DNA from: an uncultured Acidobacteriota bacterium
GTDB lineage: Bacteria > Acidobacteriota > Vicinamibacteria > Vicinamibacterales > CAVVIG01
Assembly (NCBI GenBank): GCA_963729215.1
Contig: CAVSND010000011.1
Span: 2,836 to 66,835, forward strand
Direction of reading: 5' to 3'
DNA: 64,000 nt
The position numbers and the translations under genes were made by a program. The notes beneath the pieces are model-generated. The model was not told the DNA's origin. It worked only from the letters and a program-made list of their open reading frames with translations, and did no database searches. This document shows, one piece after another, positions 55,815 to 64,000 of the stretch. Position 1 is the first letter of the stretch. Each line of letters starts with the position of its first letter.

Positions 55815-55912
55815 ACCCGGTCATCTGGTCATCTGGTCATCTGGTCAATTTGAAATTGCCAAATCGACAAACGATGACCAGACGACCGGATGACCAAACG
55901 ACCGGATTCGCG
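55815..55912. repeat. octamer-built palindromic element, copy 4 (more degenerate arms)
   Basis: 'ccggtcatctggtcatctggtcatctggtcaa tttgaaattgccaaatcgac aaacgatgaccagacgaccggatgaccaaacgaccgg'. Immediately after the cytochrome c peroxidase stop. Confidence 0.6.
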
Positions 55913-55918
55913 AGATTC

Positions 55919-57070
55919 CTAGTCGAGGAGTTTCATGAACGCGACCATGTCGGCCTCGTCCTGCGGCGTGAGCTGGATGAACCCCTGCGCGGGACCCGCC
56001 GGACCGTCTGGATCGGTGACGAAGGCGAAGAACCTGGTGTAGTGCGCGGCGACTTCCTCGAGCGTCTTCGCGGAGTTGTCGTGGAAGTAGGGCCCCGTCT
56101 TCCGGATGCCGCGCAGCGGCGAGATCTTGAACGCGTCCAGGTCGTCGATGTTGCCCGTGATGAGCGCCCGTCCCGGATCGGTGCTCGACACCGGCACGTC
56201 GCCTGCAGGCGTGCTGAAGATGAAATCCTGCACGGGCTGATTCGCCGTGTTGAACAACCCCACCAGGATGTTGAAGAACCGCGTCGCCGTCGGGATGGGC
56301 ACCTGGATGAACAGCGGCGCGAACTCGTTGGTCTGGTTCATCAGCGTCCCGCTGTGGCAGTGCGCGCACAGGCCCGGCTTGAAGCCGGCGGACGGATCCG
56401 GCGGCACGTCTTCGAAGAAGCGCCGCCCGCGGCGCTCGGACGCGGTGTTGCCGCGCGGCAGGTGCGGAGCCGGACCGCCGAGCGCGCGGATCTTCAGCTC
56501 GAACGAGCTGAAAAACGAGAGGTCGGTCTGCTGGAAAAATCTGAGCGATTCGAGGTCGCCCAGCTCCGGGAAGGCCGGGGCCTGCGCGTGATCGAGAATC
56601 GCGCCCTGGGCCTGCAGTTCGAGCGACGGCTGGCGGCCGTCGAGCATCAGGGTCGGGTCGAGGGCCGGCGTGTTGAGCGTCGACGGAATGCCGCGCCGGA
56701 CGGTCACGAACCGATCCTCGGAATGCGCCAGGCGCACGTTCGGCGGAAGTGCAATCTTCATCAGGATGGTGGCATCGGTCAGCATCCGCGTGACGCCGTG
56801 GCCCAGGCCATCGTCGCTGCCGTCGTGCAGGAACAGCGGATCGTGGGGATTGGCCAGGAAGCGCGCCTTCGCGTCGGCGGGGGAGACGGTCCCCGTCTTG
56901 CGGCTGTGACAGGTGAGGCACGTCCGGCCGTTGCCGCCGAACGTCTCACGCTCGAAAAGCTGCCGGCCGTCGCGATCGCTCTCGCCTCGCACCGGGACAG
57001 ACAGCGAGCCGACCATGAGGCTGGCAAAAACTAACACAGTGACTGCACCGAACAGACGTTGCACTCTCAT
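55919..57070 (-). CDS. di-heme cytochrome c peroxidase (CCP/MauG family)
   Basis: Signal peptide; two CxxCH sites ('CLTCHS', 'CAHCHS'); 'GPYFHDNSAKTLEEV'. Confidence 0.85.
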   Translation of the reverse strand: MRVQRLFGAVTVLVFASLMVGSLSVPVRGESDRDGRQLFERETFGGNGRTCLTCHSRKTGTVSPADAKARFLANPHDPLFLHDGSDDGLGHGVTRMLTDATILMKIALPPNVRLAHSEDRFVTVRRGIPSTLNTPALDPTLMLDGRQPSLELQAQGAILDHAQAPAFPELGDLESLRFFQQTDLSFFSSFELKIRALGGPAPHLPRGNTASERRGRRFFEDVPPDPSAGFKPGLCAHCHSGTLMNQTNEFAPLFIQVPIPTATRFFNILVGLFNTANQPVQDFIFSTPAGDVPVSSTDPGRALITGNIDDLDAFKISPLRGIRKTGPYFHDNSAKTLEEVAAHYTRFFAFVTDPDGPAGPAQGFIQLTPQDEADMVAFMKLLD

Positions 57071-57522
57071 TCATCCTCCTGACGGGACTCAGCGATTACA
57101 CCCGTACACGCGCGTAATGCCGGGATAACGGCTCAGATTTGTGGCTGGAGTTTACGCGTTGGGCAGGGCAGAAGGTTGGCCATCGCGACCGGGCTGGCGA
57201 GTCCTACCTCTTCCGCAGTCAGAGCGGTGAACGCTCCGATCAAGCTCGATCCGGCCTCGCCTCGCGGCTATTTCCTCGATCGCTACGCCTTGATCGAAGT
57301 GCAAGCGCGCGCCGCGGCGAACGCGGGCACGCCCTACGATCCCGCCAGGCCGCCGAAGGAGTTCGGCCTTTGGTTCGGCGGTGATCGCGTATCCGACGAG
57401 CTGCGGCGATCGAACGATCCCCGGCGACAAACGTGGAGTTGATCTGCTGCGCAAGGATCCATTGCGCGTGAGGCGCCCGGCGGCATCTGCAGGGCGATGA
57501 TCTCGCAACGGCGTTCCCTGGC

Positions 57523-57897
57523 GTGCCGGCACCCGATGGAAGCATCGGAATCCGATTCCGCAACGCCCAGCCCACGCAGGCAAGAATCGTCTACGCCCAG
57601 GGGTGCAACGGTTCGCCGGCTGAAATCACGCTGCCGTTTCGTGTGGAACAGGCGCGGCTCCTCGAGCTCGTGCCGGGCGTGATACCCGCCGGGGTCGCCG
57701 ACGCCGAACCGGTGGTGTACATCCAGGTCCTCATCGATCCCGAGGGCCACATCGCGCGTCCGCAGTACCTCGGCGGACCGCGCTCACTCTACCCGGCCGC
57801 CGTCGACGCGCTCGCGAAGTGGCGCGTGCAGCCGATCCGCGTGAACGGGTCCGGCGTGGTGACCCCGAACGTCGTGCAGGTCCCGTTCCGTCCGTAA
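57523..57897 (+). CDS. TonB C-terminal-domain protein (possibly a truncated fragment)
   Basis: 'PQYLGGPRSLYPAAVDALAKWRVQPIRVNGSGVVTPNVVQVPF' matches the TonB_C consensus (YP..A....W.F.P...G.pv). No N-terminal TM or Pro-rich region. Confidence 0.35.
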   Translation: MPAPDGSIGIRFRNAQPTQARIVYAQGCNGSPAEITLPFRVEQARLLELVPGVIPAGVADAEPVVYIQVLIDPEGHIARPQYLGGPRSLYPAAVDALAKWRVQPIRVNGSGVVTPNVVQVPFRP

Positions 57898-57937
57898 CGT
57901 CGGGCGCCAGGAGGAGGAGCGTCGAGCCTCTTGGCCG

Positions 57938-58342
57938 TCAGTCTCGAACGGCTTTGATCAGCGCCTCCATGTGCGCGAGATATTTCTCCAGCGCGCGTTT
58001 GCCCGCGGCCGTGAGGCGGTATTCGGTGCGCGGCATCCGCCCCTCGAACGACTTGTCCACGGAGATGTACTCCGCGTCCTCGAGCTTCCGCGCGTGCACG
58101 CTCAGGTTGCCGTCCGTCGTCTCGAGCAGGGCCTTGAGCTCGTTGAACGTGAGGCGATCGTTGACCGCCAGCGCGCTGATGATGCCGAGCCGGAGGCGCT
58201 CGTGGATCAGCCGATCGAGGCCCTGAACCCGCGGCTCGTGGCTCGCGGCTCGTGACCCGTGGCTCGTGGCTCGTGACTCGTGGCTCGTGGTTCGCGGCTC
58301 GCGTTTGCCGGCTGCCGACCGCTGACTGCTCGCTTTACCCAC
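57938..58342 (-). CDS. winged-helix transcriptional regulator (PadR-like) with N-terminal tandem-repeat tail
   Basis: 'IHERLRLGIISALAVNDRLTFNELKALLETTDGNLSVHARKLEDAEYISVDKSFEGRMPRTEYRLTAAGKRALEKYL' wHTH. The N-terminus 'TTSHESRATSHGSRAASHEPR' is encoded by a 9-nt tandem repeat. Confidence 0.55.
   Translation of the reverse strand: MGKASSQRSAAGKREPRTTSHESRATSHGSRAASHEPRVQGLDRLIHERLRLGIISALAVNDRLTFNELKALLETTDGNLSVHARKLEDAEYISVDKSFEGRMPRTEYRLTAAGKRALEKYLAHMEALIKAVRD
58228..58312. repeat. tandem 9-nt repeat (GGCTCGTGR)n, about 8 units, inside the 5' coding region of the regulator gene
   Basis: 'ggctcgtggctcgcggctcgtgacccgtggctcgtggctcgtgactcgtggctcgtggttcgcggctcgcg'. Confidence 0.5.
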
Positions 58343-58928
58343 CGTATCTCCTCGCGATGATCACGCCAAACACAATGTGAAGGCCGCCGAACCCGACGGC
58401 CATGAACGCGTTGCCCCACGCGGGCGGCGACGCGAACGCCGCGGCGCCGAGCAGCATGAACGCGAGCCCCATGACGGGCACGACGCGCACCGACAGCGCG
58501 CCGCCGGCGGCGACCGCCGCGCCGTACAGCAGCAGCCAGCAGCCGGGGAGCCGCGGCGTGAGGCCGCTTTCGAGCGCCGCCGCCGTCAGCACGGCGCCGG
58601 CCGCGAGCGGCGGCAGATAGGCGAGCGCGAAGCGCCGGAACGCCTGCGAGGCGAGCGGCATGTCCGACGCGCGCGCTTTCCGCGCCATGGTCCCGACGCC
58701 AATCCCCGTCGCCACGGCCGCCGCCCCGAGCCAGACCGGGAGCCAGCGCGCGCCGCCGAGCGGACCCGCGACGGCCGCGGCCGCCAGGCCGACGATGCCG
58801 ATGCCGACGCCGCCCCAGCCCGGCACCGCCGTAAACGGCGCCGCCCGCTCCATCGTCCGGCGGATGAAGCGGAGGTTGTCCATCGCGTGCGCGTGGAGCG
58901 CGGGGACCGGCTCCTGGGCCTCAGGCAT
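58335..58928 (-). CDS. hypothetical integral membrane protein (about 5 TM) co-transcribed with the PadR-like regulator
   Basis: Hydrophobic Ala/Gly-rich ORF overlapping the regulator start by 8 nt. Confidence 0.4.
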   Translation of the reverse strand: MPEAQEPVPALHAHAMDNLRFIRRTMERAAPFTAVPGWGGVGIGIVGLAAAAVAGPLGGARWLPVWLGAAAVATGIGVGTMARKARASDMPLASQAFRRFALAYLPPLAAGAVLTAAALESGLTPRLPGCWLLLYGAAVAAGGALSVRVVPVMGLAFMLLGAAAFASPPAWGNAFMAVGFGGLHIVFGVIIARRYGG

Positions 58929-59019
58929 TAAGGACTTTATAGCACAGAGCGTTGCGGCCGTCGAAACGTCCACGGTTTACTGCGCCACGGACGCGGTGCA
59001 CCGTACGGCGCGACAACTG

Positions 59020-59589
59020 TCACAAGTGATCGGGCACGGCGCGATTGGACTGCGCGCGCCAGCGCTCGCCGTACACAGAGGAGTACTCGACCTCGATGAC
59101 GCCGTGTTTCAGTTCGGCTGGCGTGAAGCGCGCGTACCACCCGCTCGGGACGTCGGCAAAATCGAACAGCTTGAGCATCACGGGGAGCATCGTCTGCTGG
59201 CCGTTCGCGCCGGGGGTGAACTGCAGCATCTGCACGGTCGTGCCGGCCGGAATGAGACGTCCCTTCTGCACCTTGTCCACACCCGCGCCGCCTTTTCTGT
59301 TCTCCTCGCTCAGCCCCATGTAGAAATCGTACGGGTCGGCCGCGATGTCGCGGCCCTCGTAACGAATATGGACGCCGTCTATAATCGCGGGGCCGATGCC
59401 GGAGTTGGCGAGCAGAATCTCGACGCCTTGCTGGTCGTTCGAGAGCAACGAAAAGTACAGGTACGGCAGCCTGGACGCGCGCTCCGCGTCGCGCATGAGC
59501 AGCGCCTGATAGGACAGGGCGGCGAGTGTCCCGACGCTGACGACCATCGCACTGATCGCGATCCACTTGTCGGCATCGAATTTGGCCAT
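59020..59589 (-). CDS. hypothetical membrane-anchored protein
   Basis: 'MAKFDADKWIAISAMVVSVGTLAALSY' N-terminal TM; no recognisable domain. Confidence 0.35.
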   Translation of the reverse strand: MAKFDADKWIAISAMVVSVGTLAALSYQALLMRDAERASRLPYLYFSLLSNDQQGVEILLANSGIGPAIIDGVHIRYEGRDIAADPYDFYMGLSEENRKGGAGVDKVQKGRLIPAGTTVQMLQFTPGANGQQTMLPVMLKLFDFADVPSGWYARFTPAELKHGVIEVEYSSVYGERWRAQSNRAVPDHL

Positions 59590-59665
59590 GGGCGCGCATT
59601 TTACACCTCGGTGGACGGGATAGACCGGTCCGCCTCCCACTGGTTAGACGGCAGAAGAGGCAGTT

Positions 59666-60184
59666 GTGCCGGCATCCGAAGCAGTCAGCCTGCAGCGAGC
59701 AACGCCGGACTTGGCTCCGGTGCTGCGCCATCTCCTGGAGCTGTACGTTCACGATCTGAGCGAGATCTTTCCAATCGAGCTCGGGTCTGATGGTCTCTTC
59801 GGGTACGACAAGCTGCCCCTTTATTGGGCAGAGCCGGACCTGCACCATGCGTTTCTGATTAAAGAAGGAAGGCATGTCGCCGGCTTTGCCCTCGCAACGC
59901 GGGGGTCGCCGGCGAGCGAGAATCCGGAAGACCTCGACGTTGCGGAGTTCTTCGTCCTTCGCGGGCATCGGCGCTCGGGCGTCGGCCGTCTGGCGGCCGC
60001 CGCGCTGTGGGATGCCCTACCGGGAAACTGGATCGTGCGCGTCTCGGAAGCGAACCTGGCCGGGCTCCCGTTCTGGAGCGACGTCGTTCGGTCGTACACG
60101 TCTGGCGATTTCGTAGAGAGCGCGCGGCCGGAGGGCTGGCGCGTCTTCAGGTTTGCCAGTACAGCCTGGCGCACCCCTTATTGA
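59666..60184 (+). CDS. GNAT-family N-acetyltransferase
   Basis: 'FFVLRGHRRSGVGRLAAAALWD' acetyl-CoA binding motif (Q/RxxGxG/A). Confidence 0.55.
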   Translation: MPASEAVSLQRATPDLAPVLRHLLELYVHDLSEIFPIELGSDGLFGYDKLPLYWAEPDLHHAFLIKEGRHVAGFALATRGSPASENPEDLDVAEFFVLRGHRRSGVGRLAAAALWDALPGNWIVRVSEANLAGLPFWSDVVRSYTSGDFVESARPEGWRVFRFASTAWRTPY

Positions 60185-60200
60185 CACAGGGTAATCGACG

Positions 60201-60660
60201 CTACAGCCATCGCCGAGCCCGCGCCTGGTAGGCCACGTACGTCTCTCCAAACAAGGACGCCAGGACGCGCTCCTCTGGCCCGATTTGGAATCGGTTGATG
60301 TACAGGACGTACGCGGGAAGAAACACGAAGGCGAGCCCGCTCTGCAGGAAGACAGCCCAACCGAGCAGCATGATGAGGCCGCCCAGGTACATCGGGTTGC
60401 GAGACACCCCGTAGACACCCCGCGTGACCAACGTCGACGCGTGAGGCTTCAACGGGTTAATCGTCGTCCTGGCCTTCCGGAAGGTCAGGACACCCGATGT
60501 GCCTGTCACAAATCCCGCGAGGATAACAACGGCGGCGAGCCAGTTGTGCCCTGGCAGGTCAAAGTGAAGTGATGGTACGGCCCGTGACAGCAGCCACATG
60601 AACACCGCCATGACCAATACAACCGCTGGCGGTGGGATTTTCGAATCAAGTGCAGGCATG
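60201..60660 (-). CDS. isoprenylcysteine carboxyl methyltransferase (ICMT/PEMT) family membrane protein
   Basis: 'TRGVYGVSRNPMYLGGLIMLLGWAVF' with the RNPMY motif. Confidence 0.65.
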
Positions 60661-60661
60661 C

Positions 60662-62104
60662 TCACTTCCCGCCCGCGTACATCTTGGTGAGCCGGTACAG
60701 AAACTCGCGGCCTTCCATCAACGACCGCACGCGGATGCATTCGTTGAGCCCGTGGGCATTCGTCTTCGCGCGATCAAGAAACATCCCAGAGACCCCGTAC
60801 GTCGGCACGCCTGCGGCGGTGAGGAAACGCCCGTCGTTCGTGCCGGATGTTGCGCGGGCACGACCGGGACGCCGGGGAACAGCTCGCTGGTCAGCTTTTC
60901 GATCGGTCCCATGATGTCGGCCGTCAGCGTCGGCGGCGGTCCGGCTTTCTCCGGCTCGGCCTGGAACGCCACTTTCACACCCGCATCACTGATCGTCCTG
61001 ATGAGCGTCTGACGAATCTCCTCGGGCGCATGGCCGGGGAAGATGCGGCAGTTGACGTTGGCCGTGACGTGTTGCGGCAGGGCGTTCTGGGCATGGCCGC
61101 CGTTGATCATCGTGGCGACGCATGTCGTGTGCAGCATCCCGTTGAGATTCGGGTCCTTCTTGAGCCGCGTCGACGGCGGCCGCATCGCCGCTGGCGGCGA
61201 CGGCCTTCATGTCGGCGCCCTGGGCTCCGCCGACGATCTCGCCGAACTTGGCGAAGTAGCCGCGAGTCGCGTCGTTGAACTCGACGGGGAACTCGAACGC
61301 CTGGATTTTCGCGAGCGCCTGGGCCATCTGGTAGATGGCATTGTCCGGCGTCGGTCGTGACGAGTGGCCGCCCTGGTTCACCGTTTCCAGCGTAAAGTCC
61401 TGATAGAGCTTCTCACCGGCCTGAATGCCGTTGTACTGGTACGCGCCGGTCTTGCCGTCCAGCCGGCCGCCGCCGCCCTCGTTGAGCGCGAAGGCCGCGT
61501 CCATCAGCGCTCGGTGATGTTCGAGGAGGTAGCGGACGCCGTTGAACGTTCGGGGGTCTCCTCGCCGCATGTGAGCGCGAGCTTGATGCCGCGCGTCGGT
61601 TTGTAGCCGTCCTGTTTGAAGCGGACCATCGAATCCGCGAAGATCGACGCCATGGACTTGTCATCGGCCGCACCGCGCGCGTAAAAGTAGCCGCCCTCTT
61701 CGACCAGCTTGAAGGATCGCGGCTCCAGTCCTCGCGCTTGGCTTCGACCACGTCGAGATGAGCCAGCAGCATCAAGGGCTTCAGACTCGCATCCGTCCCC
61801 GGCAGCAGAGCGATCAGGTTGCCATTCTTCGGCTGATTGGGCGGCGCGATGAGATGGAGGTCGTTCTCGGAATAGCCGGCCTGCACGAGGTGCGCCTTCA
61901 TGGCGTTTGCCGCCGCGGTGCAGGAGCCGACGGAGAGCGTCGTGTTGATCTCGATCAGTTCCTTGTAGAGCGCCCGGAACGCCTGCTCGCCGGCGCGAGC
62001 CGGGTTGGCACTGCTGCCTGGCCGGCACGCAGGTCTGCGCGTTGCCCCGCGCAGACGGCGGCGATCACAAGCAGGCTGATCGCGGGCGAATGGCTTTTGC
62101 GCAT
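60662..62104 (-). pseudogene. M20-family metallopeptidase (dipeptidase/ArgE-DapE-like) with signal peptide; at least 4 frameshifts
   Basis: The pieces 'MRKSHSPAISLLVIAAVCAG', 'FRALYKELIEINTT', 'LLAHLDVVEAKREDWSRDP', 'FKLVEEGGYFYARGAADDKSMAS', 'LALTCGEETPERS', 'GKTGAYQYNGIQAGEKLYQDFTLETVNQGGHSSRP' and '...TKMYAGGK*' are distributed over four overlapping minus-strand ORFs in all three frames. Confidence 0.55.
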
Positions 62105-62355
62105 TGGTCACGGGTCCTCTCGGTTTCGAGCCGGAGAATAGTCGGCCGCCTGGGATGAGCGTGCGAACGTCGTGCAACGCCGGGAGGGTGCCGGGGAACG
62201 TGTCGAAGAGTGACTTGAGTATACGCGCGGAAGCGAGTGTGCACGGGATTAGTCTCTGGTGACGTCGATGCGGCGAGTTTGGCACCAGTGAGGACTAGGG
62301 CCGCGCAAGTGCGAGCGTGGGAGATCGTTGTAAGTTTGCCTGGGTGCTTCAGGAA

Positions 62356-63009
62356 ATGAACAGTCACCTCACGCGAGCGGCGCTCGCCGCGGCTGTGCTT
62401 TTCAGCGCGTGCCGGGGACCCGAGGCACCGGCTTCGCCGCCGACGGTTCCGTCGGCGCCGGTCCAGCCGGCGTTCGTCGCGGTCTACGGTCGCGTCCTCG
62501 ACTTCAAGACGAACGCGGGCGTCGCGAACGAAACGATCAAGTTTACACCCCGCCGTTCGATGCCACCGGAGGCACGGTGACGACCGACGCCGCCGGCAAC
62601 TACTCGCTGTTGCTCCCGCCCGGCAACTACAACCCGAGAATCGGCGGCGATACACCACACTACAATCGCGGAACGATCCGGCCGGTGGGGGCGGCGTACC
62701 TCGCCGACTACTTCATCAACGGTGACAACTGCGTGATGTTTTACGGCACCGTCCGGAGTGCCACACGACTGTCCTTATCGCGGGCGCGACCGTCTCGTTC
62801 CTGGGGAGGACGCAGATATCCGGGAGCGACGGATCCTTTCGACTCGATCTCGGCTGCCCGACGGGGACCTTGCCTTTCGGAACCGGCACGACGTTCATGA
62901 CCGTCAGCAGCCCCGGCTACGTCACGCAATCCGCATACGGTAATCGGGCGGAGTTCGTCCCCGCCGATGGCTTACAGCGGGTTGACGTCAACCTTCAACC
63001 GGTGCCCTG
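62356..63009 (+). pseudogene. lipoprotein with carboxypeptidase-regulatory-like domain; several frameshifts
   Basis: 'MNSHLTRAALAAAVLFSAC' lipobox; 'TDAAGNYSLLLPPGNY' typical of CarbopepD_reg. The continuation requires at least 3 frame changes to reach '...GYVTQSAYGNRAEFVPADGLQRVDVNLQPVP*'. Confidence 0.4.
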
Positions 63010-63105
63010 ACGTTTCCAGCGACAATCGGGTTGCGGGAACGGTGACCGTCTGAGGATCGCCGGCACGATCTGATCGCGACGCAAACGAACCCGGTCATCC
63101 CGATC

Positions 63106-64000
63106 AGTGTTCAACCTCGTTGAAAGGTGTCGGAACCCATGGCCTGAACAACGATTTCCGCCATGCGAATCAACGTATCCGCCTGGCGCGTCTGTCATGG
63201 CTTTGCCGCGCTTCGCGTTGACCTCGTGGATGAACGCCCCGATCTCATTCACGGCGGCATTACTTCTGCTGCGCGTCCAGCTCGCGAGGGCTGCGTCGAG
63301 CTTCACCGTCAGCGCGTGCAGTCAGTCCGTTCGGCAGCCCATACGCGGTGACCTGAGCGATCAGCTGGTCAAGCGCCGACGGGACCGACACGGGCAGGAC
63401 CCACATCGTGGCGTGCCCGGCGCTCGACCCGACCACCTGACCGTGGTTGTTGACATCTCCGGCGGCGCCGGAGCCGCCGACCGCGAGCTCCGGGAGACCC
63501 ACCATTCCGCCAGCCGCCGTCCATGAGAAGGCGTGGGTCACCGCGTCTCCGGCGGTGGTGCTCCACCCGACGACCTGGCCGGTGTTGTTCACCGCGGAGG
63601 CCGTGCTTTGCGTTCCTCCGAGCGTGCCGAGGTCGACCATCCCACGGCCCGCCGTCCATGAAAACGCGTGGAGTTCGACGTTCCCGGTGTAGCTGTGACC
63701 GACCACCTGGCCGGTCTCGTTCACGGCTGTGGGGGAGGCGCTGCTTCCGAGGTTGCCAGCGTCCACCGTCCCGCCGCTCGGGGTCCACGAGAACACCCTG
63801 GATTAGCTCACACCGTTGAGAAAGTGTCGCCGACCACGTGGCGGCTATCGCTTACGCCTCGGGCGAAGCTGAGGCCGTCGAGGCGCGTGCCGAGATTGAC
63901 CATCCCGCCGGAAGACCTCCATGAGAACGCGTGGGTTATCCTGTATTCTTCGGGTCCGACTTGGCGTAGCCGACCACTTGATCGCTCGCGCTCGCGTCGG
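63106..64000 (-). CDS. HAF-repeat extracellular protein (partial, runs off the window end); frameshifted
   Basis: Repeated 'HAFSWTAxGGMVDLGTLGGxxSxAxAVNxxGQVVGxS' units, which are the HAF-family repeat. Confidence 0.5.

Noticed and set aside
33356-55912. Tandem octamer repeats as a CRISPR array
   Set aside because: The units are 8 nt with no unique spacers and are arranged as inverted arms of a hairpin. No cas genes are present.

Overview
High-GC (about 68-70%) bacterial chromosomal segment. Gene content (HAF-repeat protein, many ECF sigma/anti-sigma pairs, many secreted hypothetical paralogs) suggests Acidobacteriota or a similar soil lineage. Coding density is high on both strands.

Main blocks:
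(i) 142-12135: a nitrogen-oxide themed island. It holds a Crp/Fnr regulator, a degraded NuoF/HoxF-like gene, a cupin, a DUF488 protein, an NnrS-like membrane protein, an HPP-family membrane protein, and a minus-strand operon encoding multicopper oxidase, NarI-like cytochrome b, a Nas/Nap-type molybdopterin nitrate-reductase-like catalytic subunit, a 4x[4Fe-4S] subunit, a membrane Rieske protein and a small membrane protein. A divergent Rrf2 (NsrR-like) regulator and an ATGTAT-N5-ATACAT operator-like palindrome sit upstream.
(ii) 14336-21249: signalling cluster with two divergent paralogous hybrid histidine kinases (REC-PAS-HisKA-HATPase-REC), a DUF3365 heme-c protein, an orphan REC and a sigma-54 activator.
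(iii) 26946-37885: three paralogous secreted proteins interleaved with VWA-like proteins, a flotillin, an AhpD-like protein and an AmpG-like MFS transporter.
(iv) 41182-52813: MazEF-like toxin-antitoxin pair, then an RND efflux operon with one membrane fusion protein and three tandem permease paralogs.
(v) 52970-64000: KdoO-like dioxygenase, ECF sigma/anti-sigma operon, di-heme cytochrome c peroxidase, small regulators, GNAT, ICMT, a degraded M20 peptidase, a degraded lipoprotein and a partial HAF-repeat protein.

Two global observations:
(a) At least 20 genes are interrupted by 1-nt frameshifts or in-frame stops, roughly one per 1-2 kb of coding sequence. This indicates either an error-prone assembly or extensive pseudogenisation.
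(b) Several intergenic tandem-repeat-built palindromic element families are present. The most striking is a 4-copy, about 110-bp element whose two arms are each made of four ATCTGGTC octamers around a conserved CAATTGA/TTGGCAA core. Each copy sits immediately after a stop codon.
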